DNA from: Blepharisma stoltei ATCC 30299
Lineage: Eukaryota; Protista; Ciliophora
Direction of reading: 5' to 3'
NCBI GenBank assembly: GCA_965603825.1
Contig: CBFDEM010000018.1
Coordinates: 124,001-188,000 of the forward strand
Length of the DNA stretch: 64,000 nt
Part shown: piece by piece, positions 59,686 to 64,000 of the stretch
Position numbering within the stretch: position 1 is the first letter of the stretch
Layout of the letters: every line of letters starts with the position of its first letter
Program-made: the position numbers and the translations under genes
Notes under the pieces: model-generated
Seen by the model: only the letters and a program-made list of their open reading frames with translations
The model's database searches: none
What the model was told of the DNA's origin: nothing

Positions 59686-61176
59686 ATGGAAACGTCACAC
59701 TGCTATAAATTCGCATGTGAAAATAAACCTACTTTTTTGTGCCATTGTGCAGCAAAAGGATGTTTTATTTGCAAAAATCATTTGTCAGAGCACATTGAAG
59801 ACTCTTCTGTCTCTCACAATCCAAAATCATTATATGAAAAGCCTGATCCTGATAGTAAAATTTTAATTTACTCTCAGTTGATACAAATTGATGAGTCGCT
59901 TGGAATTATTGAGCATAGCATTATTGAACAGGCTGCAAAATTTATTCAAAAAGTTACTGATAGAATGAACAGAATAATTGAAAAAATAAATCTGACTAGG
60001 AAAGAATGTACAAATTTAATATTAAAAATAATTGAAACTGCAGAAATATATAATGAAGATGGTGAAATTTTTAAAATTATGAGGCTTAAACCAGACCAAG
60101 CTCTTTTAGAATTTGATATATTAAAGAAAGAAAAAATAATTTTGCCTGAATTAAATAGCACCATTAAATTGGGGAATAGTTTCCAAACAAGCCTGGATTT
60201 GATTGACTCTATTTTTAGAAACTCAGAAAGCAGCAATATGACTGAAAAAAACACTAGTTTTAATGATACACAGCAAACAAGTCTAAATATCACAACTGAA
60301 AACAAACAAAAATATCTTCAAGCACTTAAGCCATTCTTATCCCATATAGTAGGGGCTAATTTCATTTTAGAGCCATCTTTTTCTGGCAATGAAGAAGAGA
60401 AAGAACAAAGAGAATCTGAAAAATTATTTTATTTCAAAGACCAAACAAAAATCCTTGCTTCAATTGATTTATCTACAATGGAAACTTCAGAAAAATCTCT
60501 ATCTATCCCCGAAGAAATGTGTACAACTACATCTATGTGTCTTCTACCTTATAACTCAATATTTTGCTATGGGAACTGGCAATTAAGCCAGCATAAGCAA
60601 AAGCCATTTTCTGGCATTGCATTTATTATCGATTGCAAACAAAACGTATTAAGATGCCAAGATGGTTATCCTTGCATTAATGCTGGCTCAATTTACCACA
60701 ATGGAGAAATCTATATCTTTGGAGGGAATGATGGAAAAGATCTTGATATTGTAAGGTCATTTAATTTAAAAGAAAAAAAATGAATGCCAAGAGGATCAAT
60801 GCTGAGTCCTTCTTCAACATGCTCATGCGAATTTTTTCAAGGAAAAATATATGTTGCTGGGTGGAATCATTCAAAAATTCACAGTTTCTGTCCTTATACA
60901 GGATTTCATGATACGCTAGATTTATCTATAGTGCAAAGAACTAACAAAGTAATTTTAGCGAGTGAAGAGAGGCTTTATTTGATAGAGTCAAATGGAGTTA
61001 TATATGAAAGCTGGGTAAATGATCTTTCAAACTGAATGAGTGTAGGAATTTTTGAAGATAAAGGGAGATATTCCAACTCTTATAAGTATGTGGGGCAAAA
61101 AAGTGCATTTTTTATGATATCTGGGGTTTTATTCAAATTTGATTTTAGTTCAAAATCAATTTTAAAATTAAAATAA
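59686..61176 (+). CDS. B-box-like zinc finger + coiled coil + kelch-like propeller protein
   Basis: C...C....FLC.C.....IC..H...H, IYIFGG, IYVAG. TGA at 60781 and 61033. Ends TAA 61176. Confidence 0.82.
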
Positions 61177-61633
61177 TATGAGTATTACAATTTAGTATTG
61201 ATTTGAAAGGATTACTCAATCTAGTATTAATAATGTTTTTGATTGCAAACTAATATTTTGAGCTTATGAAATCATAAATTGCATATTTTTTAAATTTTCA
61301 GTTCCAATTCCTTACTGGTTTCACCATTAAATCTTAAATATATTTATTTAAACAATGAAATTATCGTGATATTAATGAAATATTACCGCGAAATCAAATT
61401 TTCTCTAGTATCCTGGGATACAATAAAATATATATTAAAGAATAATATTGAAATGAGAATTAACCCTATTAAATATCTTTATAACCAATATTTCTATAAA
61501 TATTCTTAAAATGTTTCACAAGCAGCATTATCAATCAATATCTCAATAAAAAATGAAAATTATTTAACCTTTTATCGTTTCTGATCTTCATGCCATTATC
61601 TTTATCTTTTTTTAGTGAGAATATATAAATATT

Positions 61634-64000
61634 ATGTCAAATTCTCATGACAATTATTTTTCAATAGCTCCTGAAAGTCTATCAAATTTATTCGAACCTG
61701 ATGGAATTCGAAATGGAAAAAGTTTCGAACTTTTATCACAGCTAAACGGAGTATCTGGAATCTGTGAACTCTTAAAATCAAACGCTTCAAAAGGTATAAG
61801 TGAAAACCCGTCTGAATTAACTAAAAGAGCTCAGCATTTTGGGGATAATCGTCCTCATATATATAATAGAAAGCCCTTTTGGCGCTTTCTGCTCATGCCA
61901 CTATCTGACACAGTCCTTCAAATTTTAGTTATAGCATCAATTGTATCTTTGATTGTAGGAACAATTGAAGATCCCATCGAAGGATGGTACGAAGGTCTCG
62001 CAATTTTAGTTACTGTATGCATCGTAATATTCGTGACTGCCATCAATGACTACAAAAAAGAATCCCAGTTCATCAAGCTGAACCTGCAGACTGATCTTTG
62101 TAATATAATTGTTATAAGGGAAGGAATGGAAAAAGAAATCACTTTAAAAGAGCTTTTAGTCGGTGATTTATTATGTGTGACAACTGGTGATATATTACAA
62201 GGTGACGGTATCTATATAAGAGGGAGCGGATTAAGTGTTGATGAAAGCTCAATTACAGGGGAAAGCAAATTGGTCAAAAAAGAAGCCTTTCAAGACGGAG
62301 ATATAGCTTATGACTCATTTTTGATTTCTGGAGCAAAAATTATTGAAGGAAGCGGATTGGTGCTTGTTTGTGCAGTAGGGCAGCACTCAGTGCTCGGGAG
62401 AAATAGAAGAATGATGAACACTTTGGCAGATGAGCCAGAAACTCCACTTCAAGAGAGATTGACTGTTTTGGCTACGTTTTTAGGTAAAATTGGATTTTAT
62501 GCTGGCATAATTCTTTCCATCGCATTGCTTCTTCATTTATTTATAGGTGCTTGGATTGATGAAAGATGGGGCAATCAAGAATGAACAGATCTTGTAGACG
62601 CAATTATTCTTGGGATCACTATTATGGTGGTAGCCATCCCCGAAGGTCTTCCTTTAGCTTTAACTTTAGCTATGGCTTATTCTATCCTCCGCATGAAAGA
62701 TGAACAAATTTTCGTCAGGCACTTAAAAGGCTGCGAAATCATGGGAGCAGCCACCAATATTTTATCAGACAAAACAGGGACTCTTACACAAAATATCATG
62801 ACTGTTACCAAAGCAATGATATTTGGGGAATCCTTAGACAAAATTGACTGTTCAAAGTTTCCTTCTGACGACGTTAACTTGTTAGTAGAGTGCATTTCTA
62901 GAAACTCGACTGCCTTTATTAACAATAAAAACCAAAAGCATGATTTGGTAGGAAACAGAACTGAATGTGCCTTACTTATGATGCTGACACAATGAGGGTT
63001 TGATTACCATGCTTTTAGAAACCCAGAACACCTTATAGCGCAATTTGCATTTAACCCAAGAACTAAAAGAATGACGACTGTATATGATTCAGAGAATGGA
63101 GAAGCAATTGTATATTCAAAAGGAGCTGGAGAAGTTATCCTGGATTTTTGTGATCAAGAGCTTCTGTGCAACGGACTTGCAGAGAAGCTGACAGATGAAA
63201 GGAAAAAAATTCTTTTGGATATTATTAAAAATTGGGCAGATTTAGGATTGAGAGTAATTACGGTGGCGTATAAGAAAACTTCTTTGGAAGAAATAATTAC
63301 TGAAGGCCCTGAACGAAAAATCAATGAAGAAAAAGGTGAGCAAGGGCTAATTTTAATAGGAATGCTAGGAATTGAAGATCCGCTGAGACCTGAGGCGAAA
63401 CAATCGGTAGAAAAATGCAAAGTTGCTGGAGTTATTGTCAGAATGGTGACTGGAGATAATTCAGAGACTGCAAAACGTATAGCCAAAAACTGCGCAATTT
63501 TACCACCTGGGATTTTAGATGAAGAAATAGACGATTATATAATGGAAGGAGCTGTTTTCAGAGAAAAAGTAGGAGGACTTGTAACAGTGACTAATGAGGA
63601 TGGAAAATTGGAGGGGTTTAAGGTTGGAAATCTTGAGGGTTTTAAAAATATTATAATCAGATTAAGGGTTATTGCAAGATGCTCCCCTGAAGATAAACTT
63701 TTACTTGTTATTGGACTTAGAGCGCTTGGGGAAGTTGTTGGAGTCACAGGAGATGGATCAAATGATGCTCCAGCTTTAAAGCACAGTGATATAGGCCTTG
63801 CTATGATGTCAGGAACTCCGTTAGCTAAAGAAAGTGCTGATATCATACTTCTTGATGATAACTTTGAAAGTGTCGTGAATTCTGTGAAATGGGGGAGAAA
63901 CGTATATGCCTCTATCAGGAAATTTTTGACTTTTCAAATGACATGCAACGCAGTTGCATTAGCCATCAGTATTATTGGTGCTGGAACCACTTCTGACTCC
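61634..64000 (+). CDS. Plasma-membrane-type Ca2+-ATPase (P2B/PMCA), 3'-partial
   Basis: DESSITGES, VAIPEGLPLA, SDKTGTLT, KGAGE, MVTGDN, GDGSNDAPALK, WGRNVY.SIRKFL. TGA at 62582 and 62993. Confidence 0.96.

Noticed and set aside
2139-63846. Many short overlapping or antisense ORFs in the track (e.g. 3197-3685, 6694-7038, 19728-20048, 26606-26971, 38851-39186, 49440-49757, 63154-63486)
   Set aside because: They are shadows of well-supported genes on another frame or strand, often start at non-ATG codons and show no motifs.
2-64000. TGA-interrupted genes as pseudogenes or selenoproteins
   Set aside because: The interruptions are nearly all TGA, align with Trp rather than Cys, and occur in essential genes (CDC73, eIF3m, PMCA).
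1-64000. Transposons, retained IESs, telomeric repeats, CRISPR arrays
   Set aside because: No transposase, terminal inverted repeats, telomere tracts or spaced repeats were seen, and no gene is interrupted by an IES-sized insert. Intergenic IESs cannot be excluded without comparing somatic and germline reads.

Overview
Gene-dense, AT-rich eukaryotic DNA that reads as the macronuclear genome of a heterotrich ciliate, most likely Blepharisma. The supplied ORF track is fragmented because it treats TGA as stop. About 50 in-frame TGA codons (hand count) are read through, many at invariant Trp positions (translation table 4 behaviour), and every complete gene ends in TAA or TAG. Six 15-16 nt GT..AG introns with an A at position 10/11 repair the remaining breaks. 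Rebuilt this way the window holds about 41 protein genes, including tandem calpains, CEP41, lipin, RPL35A, a 2444-aa polycystin-1-like receptor, ubiquilin, MnSOD, REP, a SAXO-like protein, two papain-family paralogs, an RBR ligase, Pumilio, CCP5, eIF3m, LITAF, CDC73, DHHC, NDUFA2 and PMCA, plus one tRNA-Arg(CCT). Most notable: UGA-Trp is absent from the last ~36 codons of every gene, hinting at position-dependent stop/sense decoding; a tandem pair of Cys-to-Ser (silicatein-like) cathepsins; a MYND + prolyl-hydroxylase-like (EGLN1-type) protein lacking its distal iron ligand; a U2-snRNA-like segment behind SOD; and extreme gene packing. All calls were made by eye, without database searches.
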